Positions 49,675 through 59,434 are shown, numbered from the stretch's first letter. The stretch is DNA of 64,000 nt from Candidatus Obscuribacteraceae bacterium (GCA_044226015.1 JBGAHS010000006.1:96001-160000), one strand, 5' to 3'. Program-made: numbers and translations. Notes: generated from the letters alone by a model not told the origin.

Positions 49675-50385
49675 CTAGAAAGCTCTTGCGATATAGTCGC
49701 TAAGCTCCCTGTCAATTGCATTTTGACTAGCTCGCTCAGAGCCCTCGTTTTCGTACATTCGCTGAAGTGAGGCTGAAATACCGGGGGCTCCCCCTGTAAA
49801 CATGTTTATTAGAGACTTCCACTCATTGGCAAGAGTTCTGACTTTCTCACTGCTAGGGTCAGTGCCAGCAGCCATTTCGCAGCGAACTTTGTCGATGAGC
49901 ACTCTCCATTTCAGCTGAACATCAATCATTCCATCTTCACCTAATGTCTGGGCACGGCGCGAAAGCTGCTCGAGTTGTTCTTTCGAATAGTACTTCTCAA
50001 TCATATTTGTATCCTCAATTAAATCCAGTAAGTCCTCGACGTCCGGCTCTTCGCCTTTTTTCAGTACTCCAACGATTCTTTCCAATTGTGAAAGAGTCTT
50101 TTCCTTTTCCATCAACTCTGTTTTTAAGACTTTGAGATGAAGTTCCAGCGCATTCAATGGTGAACGCTCTGGAGTCTCTATCCATTGCTGGATCTGGGAA
50201 AGTGAAAATCCAAAGAGTTTCAGCGAGAGAATCTGCTGAAGCCGTAATGCGTCTTCGCTTGTGTACAAACGGTGTCCAGATTCGGTTCTGAAGGATGGCG
50301 AAAGCAGTCCGATTTCGTCATAATGATGCAGTGTTCTAACCGATATTCCCGTTCGTTTAGCCAGGTCACCAATCTTGATTTCCAT
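49675..50385 (-). CDS. MerR-family regulator with TipAS-like effector domain
   Basis: IGDLAKRTGISVRTLHHYDEIGLL, GHRLY; C-terminal DPSSEKVRTLANEW...FTGG. Confidence 0.93.
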   Translation of the reverse strand: MEIKIGDLAKRTGISVRTLHHYDEIGLLSPSFRTESGHRLYTSEDALRLQQILSLKLFGFSLSQIQQWIETPERSPLNALELHLKVLKTELMEKEKTLSQLERIVGVLKKGEEPDVEDLLDLIEDTNMIEKYYSKEQLEQLSRRAQTLGEDGMIDVQLKWRVLIDKVRCEMAAGTDPSSEKVRTLANEWKSLINMFTGGAPGISASLQRMYENEGSERASQNAIDRELSDYIARAF

Positions 50386-50406
50386 ACTCTGTTCTCCTTC
50401 AGTTGA

Positions 50407-50437
50407 ATCATAGAACCTGACGTAAGGTGAGGATCAA
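50407..50437 (-). promoter_or_regulatory. MerR-type autoregulated promoter with 19-bp spacer and dyad operator
   Basis: Minus strand TTGATC-N19-TATGAT; imperfect dyad CCTCACCTTACGTCAGG. Confidence 0.8.
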
Positions 50438-50499
50438 GTAGATTTTGAATGGTCTAGCTAATTTTGGGAATATGTTTTAAAGGGTTATGAGGGAAGGCT

Positions 50500-53400
50500 T
50501 TGCAGCGACTCCATCTTACGTTAGCAGTCCTATTGTTATCACAGCTTCTGCAATCGTTGCCAGCAGAAGCTTTGACCTATGACGAAATTGTCTTATTAAC
50601 GCAGGCAGAACGAAAAGTATTCGGTTCCGTAGACAATTCTCATTCATTTGATGAACGTATAAAAGCACTAGAGTCGAACACCGGAGCCCATGCTGCAGGC
50701 TCTGAATCGAAGCGAATTCGAGCCGTTTGTGCAAAATTAGGATTGATAGCCCCTGAGCCAGTTACTCCCGCGCCGATTGCCGCAGTTACTAAGGACAAGG
50801 CTCAGAAGGAGAAAGCTCAGAAAGAGAGAGCATTGAAGGCGGAAGCCTTGCGTGCCAAAGCTAGCGAAGCTAAGGACCAGCATAGGCAAGCATTCTTAGC
50901 CATGGAACAGCACCCGAGTCAAACGACCGAAGCAAAGGCTCTTGAGCTGAAGCAGAAAAATGAACTAAGGCAAAAAATTGCAGAAGAGAACAAACGGAAA
51001 GCTGATGAAGCAAGAAAAGCTCAAGAAGCGCGAAAGGCAGAAGAACGAAAGGCTCAAGAAGCAAGAAAGGCAGAAGAGCTGAGAGTAGCTCAAGAGCAAC
51101 GAAGAGTTGAAGAACAACGGAAGGCGAGCGCTCGCGCAAAAGTCGAAGCGGCAAAATCTAAGGGGAGTGCGGGGCAGCATGCAGCGACTCCAAAGACAAC
51201 GAGCAGCGCTACAGCCAGTGCACCCGCCCTTTTGCCTGACTCAGTTACCGGTGATTCAAACCAGTCATCAACTACAACTGATGCGAGTAGGACTTCTGGA
51301 GTCAGTGAGAACCAGAATTCTGCTGGGAACCAGTCGACAGCCGCTGAGATCGGACAGAACGGGCAATCAAGCATTGGTGTCATCATTGCTGCAGTTGTGG
51401 TAGTTCTCGTTTTAGGATGCATGGGAACAGTGGTTTTCTTGTTTCTCAAAGCCGCTGGAAACAATCCGAAGGAAACAAGTTTTACCGGGGATGAGGATCC
51501 CCAAGATGAACAGTTTCCTCATAGGAGCAGACCTACTATTGATAGTGGACGAAGCCCATCTGCAAGGGCTTCAAGTTCAAAGAAGAGATTGGCATCAGAT
51601 TTTGATTCAGCTAATGATGATACTGTCAGCAGTGGCACTGCTGAGTCGCAGCTGAGTGCTGGTGTGCCTGTATTAGTTCCGCCGTCAAGCGAAGAGCTCC
51701 TGCCCGCGACTGATACCAGTCAAAGGGAAAAATTCCCGTTGTCTGCACAAGATCATTCTAGTCCCGAAAGGAATTCGTTTCCTCAGGAGGAGTTTCCTTC
51801 AGCTCAAGAACCTACGCATCCAGGTCAGTCAGCCTTCCCAGCCACACAAGGGTTCTCAGCTTCAGCACAAGGTGGGTTCTCTGCTCCGTCGCAGGGTGGT
51901 TTTCCACCAGCACAAGGGTACTCTGCTCCAGCACAGGGATTCTCTGCTTCAGCACAGGGGTTCTCTGCTCCAGCACGAGGCATGCCGGAGAGCTCTGCCT
52001 CTATGCCCGCAGTACCTGTGCACATACCTCAGGCTCAGAGCCAGACCTCCGATCCTTCATTTGATAGCGGGTTTGAAACACCTACGCCCGTTCAGCGCAA
52101 GGGCTCTGAGACCTTTTCTGTAATCGAAAGTTTGTTATCCCGAGAGAAGCAAGCTATTGACGCTAAGAAAAGTCTCGAAGAAGCAGATGTGTATGTTCCC
52201 GATAGTGCCAGTACAGAATCCATTTCTAGCTTCAAGAGCCTAAATTCTTCAACGCTTCCCGAAGAGTCCTCTGACCGCACTCCAGACCATGATTCTTCTC
52301 TGTCTTCAGCGGCAATGTCTTCTGCACCTCAGTCCATACCTACAGAAGTGATTGCTGGCGTAATGGATGCTCTGGACTCTTTGCCTGTGGCTTCGACCAG
52401 TCATCCCGCCCCCAAACATGCTGCAGGTTTCACATCAATGCAGACCGGAGCTGCATCAACAACCCACGCTACACATTCGACGCCTGAAGCCCTAGCAGCA
52501 GCTACGGAAGCGGCTAAAGCAGCGTCTACAGAAAACACACAACAGGAACAGGCGGCGCAAGCAGCCGATACCGGCAGCGGAGCAAAGGAGAAGCGTCCAT
52601 TTCCATTTGGCACTCCGAAAAATACACAGAATCCGTCTTCACGCAAAGCAGCATCGCAAGAAGACACTATCACTCTGTCTGCAGAGGAAGTAAGTGTAAG
52701 CTTGGCCGGATTAGGCGCAAAATCTGAATTCCTTGATGATATGCATAACGCCATTGGTGATGCGGAATCAGATGAACAGTTAGCCGCTTTTGCAGATGCA
52801 ATTTTGAGTACTGCTGAATCTAGTTCGCAAGTCGTTCAGAATACTATCGTTGCTTCACAGCATGAGGCAGGACAAAGCAGCTCAGTCTTGAGTGAGCAAT
52901 CTTCATCCACTTCTGGTTCTACTTCTGCTTCTGCTGCCGTAGTCGGCAATTTACGCACACCGCCGGTGCCACCAACCTCTCTGTCGAACAGTGTGCCAAG
53001 TCAAACTCCTGGTGTCGCACAGGCTCCAGCCTACGTTCCCCCACAACCAGCTAACACGCCACCGGTGCCACCAACGCCGCCTGTTCCTCCGATGCCGCCC
53101 ACACCACCAGGGTCTAGTGCGCATGCCTACCCACATGAAAGTCCTGCACATAAACCTACAAACAAGGACTTGCGAGGACTTTTCAGTGGACCTGTGAGCG
53201 AAGCAGAAACAACCTCAAATTATCAGCCCGTTGCAGAAGAACTGTTTTCTCAATCTAATGAAATGGTCAACACAGTATCGCTTGCAGAGGTCGGTAACAC
53301 CGACGCCGTCACGAATTATGCTGCCGCATCTGCTGAGACAGTGCAACCACAATTTAAAACAGTACACGATTTCATGTACGAGCAGAAAAAGCCAATTCTG

Positions 53401-54336
53401 TACAAAAAATGTCCGCGCTGCTCGTTCTCTTTTGCAATGGACACAAGAAATTGCATAAATGATGGAGAAGTGCTTCAAACGGTCGAACTAGATCCCGCAA
53501 TAATTTTCTCTTTCGGTGATAGGTATGAAATTGAATCTGTCATCGCCAGTGGTGGCATGAGTATTCTTTATCAAGCCCGCCATAAAATGTTAAATAGAAG
53601 TGTTGCCATAAAAGTCATGGACGCACAAATGGCAAAGAATCATGCCGCGGTGAAGCGCTTCCAGCAAGAGGCTCAGCTAATCTGTCAGATGAGTCATCCG
53701 AATGTGGTAATTGTGCATGATTTTGGTTCTAACAGCACAGGACAACCATTTATCGTGATGGACTACCTGACAGGCAAAACTATTTGCCAGCTTTTGGATG
53801 AAGAAGGTCATCTCCCCTGGGAGCGTGCAAAAAATATATTTCTACAAGTCTCTTCTGGCTTGAGTCATGCTCACAAACTTGGAGTTATCCACCGCGACAT
53901 TAAGCCCACCAATATTGTCGTTACCGTTAACGAATTTGGTGGAGAGCAGGCAACTATCGTTGATTTCGGCATCGCGAAAATGACTAACGATGACGCCAAA
54001 GAGAAGTTCACAATACATGGTGAAACCGTTGGTACGCCAATGTATATGAGCCCAGAGCAATGCAGAGGTTCCCTGGTTGATTATCGTACCGACATTTACT
54101 CGCTTGGCACTTTAATGTTTGAAGTGCTGACAGGTAAAACACCATTTATAGCGTCGAGTGCCTTTGATATGCGGCAAATGATTGTAACTGCGCCTCCGCC
54201 CAGGTTGGCAGATATTCGTCCAGACCTCATCATTCCGCCGGTTTGTGAAACTATAGTGAAGAGATGTCTTCAAAAAGACCCGTCAATGCGCTTTCAAAAT
54301 CTGGACGAATTGATTGCGGAGCTTTCGCAGTCCTGA
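50500..54336 (+). CDS. 1278-aa membrane Ser/Thr kinase with C-terminal catalytic domain
   Basis: Signal peptide, coiled coil, TM near aa 292-317, long disordered linker, CPRC...CINDG, VAIK/HRDIKPTN/DFG/GTPMYMSPE. Confidence 0.92.
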   Translation: MQRLHLTLAVLLLSQLLQSLPAEALTYDEIVLLTQAERKVFGSVDNSHSFDERIKALESNTGAHAAGSESKRIRAVCAKLGLIAPEPVTPAPIAAVTKDKAQKEKAQKERALKAEALRAKASEAKDQHRQAFLAMEQHPSQTTEAKALELKQKNELRQKIAEENKRKADEARKAQEARKAEERKAQEARKAEELRVAQEQRRVEEQRKASARAKVEAAKSKGSAGQHAATPKTTSSATASAPALLPDSVTGDSNQSSTTTDASRTSGVSENQNSAGNQSTAAEIGQNGQSSIGVIIAAVVVVLVLGCMGTVVFLFLKAAGNNPKETSFTGDEDPQDEQFPHRSRPTIDSGRSPSARASSSKKRLASDFDSANDDTVSSGTAESQLSAGVPVLVPPSSEELLPATDTSQREKFPLSAQDHSSPERNSFPQEEFPSAQEPTHPGQSAFPATQGFSASAQGGFSAPSQGGFPPAQGYSAPAQGFSASAQGFSAPARGMPESSASMPAVPVHIPQAQSQTSDPSFDSGFETPTPVQRKGSETFSVIESLLSREKQAIDAKKSLEEADVYVPDSASTESISSFKSLNSSTLPEESSDRTPDHDSSLSSAAMSSAPQSIPTEVIAGVMDALDSLPVASTSHPAPKHAAGFTSMQTGAASTTHATHSTPEALAAATEAAKAASTENTQQEQAAQAADTGSGAKEKRPFPFGTPKNTQNPSSRKAASQEDTITLSAEEVSVSLAGLGAKSEFLDDMHNAIGDAESDEQLAAFADAILSTAESSSQVVQNTIVASQHEAGQSSSVLSEQSSSTSGSTSASAAVVGNLRTPPVPPTSLSNSVPSQTPGVAQAPAYVPPQPANTPPVPPTPPVPPMPPTPPGSSAHAYPHESPAHKPTNKDLRGLFSGPVSEAETTSNYQPVAEELFSQSNEMVNTVSLAEVGNTDAVTNYAAASAETVQPQFKTVHDFMYEQKKPILYKKCPRCSFSFAMDTRNCINDGEVLQTVELDPAIIFSFGDRYEIESVIASGGMSILYQARHKMLNRSVAIKVMDAQMAKNHAAVKRFQQEAQLICQMSHPNVVIVHDFGSNSTGQPFIVMDYLTGKTICQLLDEEGHLPWERAKNIFLQVSSGLSHAHKLGVIHRDIKPTNIVVTVNEFGGEQATIVDFGIAKMTNDDAKEKFTIHGETVGTPMYMSPEQCRGSLVDYRTDIYSLGTLMFEVLTGKTPFIASSAFDMRQMIVTAPPPRLADIRPDLIIPPVCETIVKRCLQKDPSMRFQNLDELIAELSQS
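51844..51981 (+). repeat. In-frame 21-24 bp tandem repeats encoding AQG(G)FSA(P/S)
   Basis: About 6 units such as GCACAGGGATTCTCTGCTTCA. Confidence 0.85.
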
Positions 54337-54453
54337 GTTCCAGACCCAAAGCGAAAGCAAAGGTCTCATGCTAAGATGTATTTAACAAGTCGGGCGTGAA
54401 CACCGCAAATGCTTACGAATCCGGCGATACAGGTGAATGCACCAGAGGTATAG

Positions 54454-54885
54454 ATGGAATTCCACAGGCTCGACGACAAACATATTGAGATTTTGGCTGG
54501 TGACTTGGCCCGCGGTGTTTGGAATTTTGCCAATCAGCAGATTAGCCGAGACGGCGAAAAAAGCATAGGTTTAGAGAGAAATACAAAGTCTCTCGAAATC
54601 CGAATGAAACGGCAGGTCAGCAAGATGGATACTCTGAGTGAATTACCCGTCGGAAATCTTGTTGGTATGGCGCTTGGAACTGCTTTCGGTCCCCTCGGGG
54701 GGCTCGCAAGTCAGGCTGTTGGTTTTGCAGTAGGTAAAAGCGACTTTCTTTGCATTGGCTGCCAGCTGCTCGACGGTCGAAAATTCATCGCATGGATGAG
54801 CAAAAGCGTTCTGGAGCAATGGGAGAAAGCAAGCAATATCTCCGCAGTTGACCTTAAAGAAAAGGAGTCCAAAGAAAAGAAATAG
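54454..54885 (+). CDS. Hypothetical protein with glycine-zipper-like segment
   Basis: VGMALGTAFGPLGGLA; LLDGRKFIA; GAGG RBS. Confidence 0.7.
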   Translation: MEFHRLDDKHIEILAGDLARGVWNFANQQISRDGEKSIGLERNTKSLEIRMKRQVSKMDTLSELPVGNLVGMALGTAFGPLGGLASQAVGFAVGKSDFLCIGCQLLDGRKFIAWMSKSVLEQWEKASNISAVDLKEKESKEKK

Positions 54886-54891
54886 GCTCGC

Positions 54892-55971
54892 CTATTTCTT
54901 CTTGTCCGAAGGTGCCAGGCTTCTGGCGGCTCCCTTCAATTCCGGTGGAAGGTGATAATTCATCGAAACCAGTTCGCCCACAACTCGACGAGCTTCTTTC
55001 ACATTCGGGTCAGCCTCTAAAGCTTTAGCATCAACGCCGGCTTTGTCGTTCAAGTTCAAATATTTCTTGACGCTGTCTTGCTGAACAAGTTTGCCTAAAT
55101 ATGCTGCACGTGTGTCAGCAGAACTTACCAGGAGTCGTCCAGATTCCGCGTCGCTTGCATTGGCTTCTCTCATTTTTGAAACCTGATCTTTCAGCGACGG
55201 CTTCGCTGCAAGTTCGGCTTCTTTCGCCGCTAGCGCTGTTTCTTTTGCAGTTATCTCAGCCTGCCTTTCAGCGCTAGCAGATTTGCTTTGCTCAGCTCTT
55301 AACGTGGCTAATTCAGTCTGTGCCTGCTGATAGCCAGTCTCCCACAGGAATGCAGTTGTGTGACTCGACACAAACTTTTCGTTCTTCTCGATTTGCTGAG
55401 CCATTGCAACACGATCAAGTTTGTCGGCGCTTTCAATTGCTCGATTGAACTGCGCTCGGCTTGTGTCATCCAGAGTTGAGGTGGACTCGAGTTTCTTTAC
55501 CATTTCTGTAGGGTCACTTGATTCGAGTTTGTTCGCGACCGGTGAACCATTTTCGTAGCGCCTCAGCCCTGAACTGTCGTAAACAGCTTTGCCATCTGCT
55601 CCCAGCACTCTGCCTGCGCTATCTGTTTCAGCGTTGAGTTTGCCATCTTTTCTCACACTGCCATCATCATTTCTGAAAGGAGTGGCGCTTGAGCCATCAG
55701 GGTTTTTGCCCGACCAGGTGGGCAGGTGCAGCCCATGGTACTTAAGGTAACCATCTGCACCGATACTTGCTCCCGGAACGCCTTTGACAGGTCGGTCCGA
55801 GTCGCGCGATTCTTGCACCATTTTCTGAGGCGCTGTTGTGTCTTTGACTAGCGTGAGTTTTGGACCGCTAAAGACATCGTCCAGGAAGCGTTGCGCTGCA
55901 TTGTTTCCTTCGCTATTACTGTTATTCTCAAATTGATTTGCCAATTTGCTAGCTGGAATTACGTCAACCAT
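54892..55971 (-). CDS. Hypothetical protein (DG-rich region then coiled coil)
   Basis: 359-aa ORF with AGGAGG RBS; no signal peptide. Confidence 0.78.
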   Translation of the reverse strand: MVDVIPASKLANQFENNSNSEGNNAAQRFLDDVFSGPKLTLVKDTTAPQKMVQESRDSDRPVKGVPGASIGADGYLKYHGLHLPTWSGKNPDGSSATPFRNDDGSVRKDGKLNAETDSAGRVLGADGKAVYDSSGLRRYENGSPVANKLESSDPTEMVKKLESTSTLDDTSRAQFNRAIESADKLDRVAMAQQIEKNEKFVSSHTTAFLWETGYQQAQTELATLRAEQSKSASAERQAEITAKETALAAKEAELAAKPSLKDQVSKMREANASDAESGRLLVSSADTRAAYLGKLVQQDSVKKYLNLNDKAGVDAKALEADPNVKEARRVVGELVSMNYHLPPELKGAARSLAPSDKKK

Positions 55972-56246
55972 GTGGACCCTCCTGGGTGTGCAGAAACTAC
56001 ATCTACAGCGCTAACTGAGATGTTCAATATCACAACCCGGATGCCAATCCCTCTTTCATATTTATACGCACAAGACTTGATTCTGACAAAGTTAAAGTAG
56101 ATTCAGGCTTTTCTCATAGCTTCTAGATGACTATTAACAGTAGGTTTTGAGTCGTGACGTTTTTTGCTGAGATGAGTTCTAACTCATAGGCAGCTCTGGA
56201 GCAGTTTTAGTTATACTCAATTATTGGCAGTTGAGAGCGCAGATCA

Positions 56247-56615
56247 TTGAAAATTGGAACTGACATTTGTTCTATCAGTCGCATTCGAGCTGCCTACGGG
56301 AGATTTGGCGAGCGTTTCTTGCGGCGCATTCTAACTGAGAGTGAACGTCATTATGTGCTGAGCAACTCGAAGCATGTTTGTTCTCGTTTAGCCGGGCGGT
56401 TTGCTGCCAAAGAGGCGGCAGCAAAAGCACTAGGTACCGGATGGTATGGTCTTGATTGGAAAGAGATTGAAGTAACAAGGTTGAATTCTGGAGAGCCGCA
56501 ATTAAAGCTTCATGGTCGCGCAGTTGCTCTTGCAGCCAGGCGAGGGCTTAGTCGCTTTGAACTCAGCATCAGCCATGAAAGAGAATATGCTGTTGCAACG
56601 GTTGTTGCTCATTAA
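56247..56615 (+). CDS. acpS: Holo-ACP synthase
   Basis: IGTDI, LAGRFAAKEAAAKALGTG, GEP, LSISHE. Confidence 0.96.
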   Translation: MKIGTDICSISRIRAAYGRFGERFLRRILTESERHYVLSNSKHVCSRLAGRFAAKEAAAKALGTGWYGLDWKEIEVTRLNSGEPQLKLHGRAVALAARRGLSRFELSISHEREYAVATVVAH

Positions 56616-56730
56616 CTCTGAATTGTCTACAAACTGCGTAAAATACGAAGGACTTGCTGTCGAAAAGGGGAACAGTTCGGATAGTTCTTTGCGGAACGAT
56701 TTGATTGGCGAGGCTGTCCGGAGACATGTT

Positions 56731-57360
56731 ATGTTCGAGAGTGAGAATGTGAAACCAGGCTTTTCCTCAGCGTCCGACTCGCTACGCGACCATCTGCAAA
56801 GCGAGAATTTCCTTGGCGCTAGAGGACTATCACACAGAGCTGCTGACCTGGATGAAGTTGATGACCTTCGCTCTGGTCACACAGAGCGCCATGCGGTGGA
56901 AAGGTTGTCTTTCACCCCTGATGAGCGTCCAAGAAAAGGTCTGGATGCTGATGCCGAATCAATCGCAAATCACCTCAATGAAGGGCGTTCAGATCTTGCT
57001 GTTAGCAAGTTGAGCCATGACATGATGCATTTGAGCGTTGATGATAGCAATCGATTGCTCGTAAAAGTCAGTCAAAATGAGTTTCCTGAAATCGAAAATG
57101 ATGACAGAGGACACCTGCTTCTGAGTGATTGGAATGAGAAATACAATACATGGACACAAGTTTATGTAAGTGAGAGAGACCAGCTTTATCGATTTGTACA
57201 ACCTGGTAACACACTTTCTTCTATTGCATCAGATAGGCTTGGCACAAACGATAAGGATGCAGTGGATAAATACGTGCAAAATATTGCAGCAGTTAACCAT
57301 ATTCCTGCTCCAGACCTCATTCTTCGTGGGCAGGCGCTCAGGCTTCCTTATCCCGCTTAG
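56731..57360 (+). CDS. LysM-domain protein
   Basis: VQPGNTLSSIA...IAAVNHIPAPDLILRGQALRLP; GGAG RBS before ATG 56731. Confidence 0.85.
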   Translation: MFESENVKPGFSSASDSLRDHLQSENFLGARGLSHRAADLDEVDDLRSGHTERHAVERLSFTPDERPRKGLDADAESIANHLNEGRSDLAVSKLSHDMMHLSVDDSNRLLVKVSQNEFPEIENDDRGHLLLSDWNEKYNTWTQVYVSERDQLYRFVQPGNTLSSIASDRLGTNDKDAVDKYVQNIAAVNHIPAPDLILRGQALRLPYPA

Positions 57361-57379
57361 TCTTCTTACTTTTCGTCTT

Positions 57380-59434
57380 TCAATGTGAATCTTTATTCTT
57401 TTTTGCTGGTTTCTTAGAGCTGCTGTGTTTGCCTTTTGAGTTCATCGTGTCATTAGACGTATCGCTTTTCTTCGATTGCTCTGTTGCTGGAGCTACCGCA
57501 GGTGGAGGATTATTTCGCAATGACTCGTATCTGGTTGCTTCATCCTGTTTGTTTTGAAAGCGTAAAATCTTGATGAGAGAATCAAGCACCTCTTGGTACC
57601 CAGAATCTGTTGTCTCTATGCCATTTTGGGACATGGATTCGATTGCTTTCCTATACCATCGCTCTGCAACAGGGTAATTCAACAAGGTTTCGTATGCTTT
57701 TCCTAATTCGATCAAAATGTCAGAATACTCAATTGAAAAGGTGCCACTATCAACCTTTTTCATCAAAGATTCAGCCGTCATGAGTGCGCTTACGGCAGGG
57801 CTCGCGTCAGCAAGCGCATTATCAACCCGACCCAAATTGTAGTAGAGTCTTACTCGGCTCATATCTGCGCGCTCGTCTGTTGAGTTTTGCAATTCACTTA
57901 TGCCATTTTTGAATAGAGTCCGAGCCTTTTCAATCTCACCATTCTCCTCAAGCTTCAATCCCTCGGTAAGAGCATAGTATTGGTCATCGCTCCATTTGCC
58001 ATCGTGATGGGAATTTACTCTAGAACTACCATACAAAAGACCTAGCATGATTACGACGGTAAAGAGCACGATTATTGGCTTTATAAGGTATTTGATATCG
58101 GAAATGTCGAAAAGGTTGTTTTCAGAGTCAACATAGTGCTCATAGGACTGCTCGAAATGATCAAGCATCGGGCTATGAAGTGTGCCATTTATTTTCCTGT
58201 AGGGAGCTGGAGACTTGCTCCTATTCACTAGTGCAGTGTTGAAATTTCCGCTAGCTCCCGGTGATTGATTTGCGGACTCCTGCGGATTAAAGGCTAGCCC
58301 GTTTTCGTCGTATTCCCAACAACCGCTTATAGCTCCTTCTTTCTGTTCAGGTGGTAAAGGAACTCCTCGTTGTCGTCGCCGTTTTAGAAATCTCCTGCCC
58401 TCAGGAATCGCAGCGGAGCCGCCACTGGTTTCGCTTTGACTGCACAACCACTCCGGTAAATCACTGATAACGCCGTCCAAAATTGGTAAGTTTTCTGGTA
58501 CTACGATCGGATCATCGAGACTGGGTATTTGCGCAAGAGGCAAACTAAGCAAATAACGAAGTGTGCGCGATGCTTCTCTGATTTGAGGATTGAAGTGATG
58601 CTCTAAGACGTGAAAGAGTTCGGACTGCTGCGGGTCTTCGAGATCTTCACGACGAAACAGTAGACACTCATCTCCGCCTTCAAAGTCATACCAAATGTGT
58701 GGATCGCAACCGGAAATCAACACGGAAAGATAGATCAGCCATGCAGAAAAATTGTCCAGATAAGGTCCGAAATCATGCTGCGTTCTCTGGGGATGTTGAT
58801 AGTTTGGATGACCTAGCTCATTGCTGGGCTTGCCTGCAAAGGCTGGTAGGAACATTCCGTCATAGTCAACGAGCTTGATTTGCCCGTCTCTTACAATGAT
58901 GTTACCGTGTTGCAGGTCACCGTGGGCGATACCATGGGTTTTTAGTTCAAGAACTGTGTTGCGCCATGACTCAAGAAACGATTCCAGGATTTCTTTCTCG
59001 CGTAGATTTGCCTGAAGCCAGCGGTTTAGTGTGATTCCCTCACACCATTCCATCTTAAGCATGGGTAAGATTCGGCTATCAACTCGAATACCTTCCTCCT
59101 GAAACTCGAACTTCACAGTGCAGGGCAACTGCAAAGACTCAAGAGATTGGTGTATTTCGCGATATCTTTCGACAATGTCTTGCTTTGACTGAAGAATGCA
59201 TCTGACCGCCCAACTGCTTTCCGGGCATTGCATTCGGTAGACGCTGGCAAACATTCCGCTTGTTGGCTTAGGTAAGCCAAGTACGTCGGTTTCCGGTGTA
59301 CCGTCTGCCAATTCGGGATCTAGAAAGCTAAAGCGAGGATTTTGAACCGCTTCATTATAATCTTGCGGTCCAGGCCAGGCCGCAACAATCAACTGTTTTG
59401 AGTCAATTTGCTCTTGTAGATGCAAACTAAACAC
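57380..59434 (-). CDS. Atypical protein kinase-like domain + TM + TPR-like C-terminus
   Basis: WP..QDYNEAVQNP, SGMFASVY, HGDLQHGN, DYDG, ELGHPNYQHP; TM IIVLFTVVIMLGLLYG. Confidence 0.82.
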   Translation of the reverse strand: MFSLHLQEQIDSKQLIVAAWPGPQDYNEAVQNPRFSFLDPELADGTPETDVLGLPKPTSGMFASVYRMQCPESSWAVRCILQSKQDIVERYREIHQSLESLQLPCTVKFEFQEEGIRVDSRILPMLKMEWCEGITLNRWLQANLREKEILESFLESWRNTVLELKTHGIAHGDLQHGNIIVRDGQIKLVDYDGMFLPAFAGKPSNELGHPNYQHPQRTQHDFGPYLDNFSAWLIYLSVLISGCDPHIWYDFEGGDECLLFRREDLEDPQQSELFHVLEHHFNPQIREASRTLRYLLSLPLAQIPSLDDPIVVPENLPILDGVISDLPEWLCSQSETSGGSAAIPEGRRFLKRRRQRGVPLPPEQKEGAISGCWEYDENGLAFNPQESANQSPGASGNFNTALVNRSKSPAPYRKINGTLHSPMLDHFEQSYEHYVDSENNLFDISDIKYLIKPIIVLFTVVIMLGLLYGSSRVNSHHDGKWSDDQYYALTEGLKLEENGEIEKARTLFKNGISELQNSTDERADMSRVRLYYNLGRVDNALADASPAVSALMTAESLMKKVDSGTFSIEYSDILIELGKAYETLLNYPVAERWYRKAIESMSQNGIETTDSGYQEVLDSLIKILRFQNKQDEATRYESLRNNPPPAVAPATEQSKKSDTSNDTMNSKGKHSSSKKPAKKNKDSH

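Noticed and set aside
54341..54370. GAAA-tetraloop hairpin as a c-di-GMP riboswitch
   Set aside because: Second stem and conserved GEMM nucleotides are missing.
56160..56220. Fluoride riboswitch-like GATGAG start
   Set aside because: Lacks the downstream CUGAUG/CUAC pseudoknot elements, and acpS is not a fluoride gene.
56512..56730. N-terminal extension of the LysM ORF
   Set aside because: Overlaps acpS by about 100 nt; better RBS and ATG at 56731.
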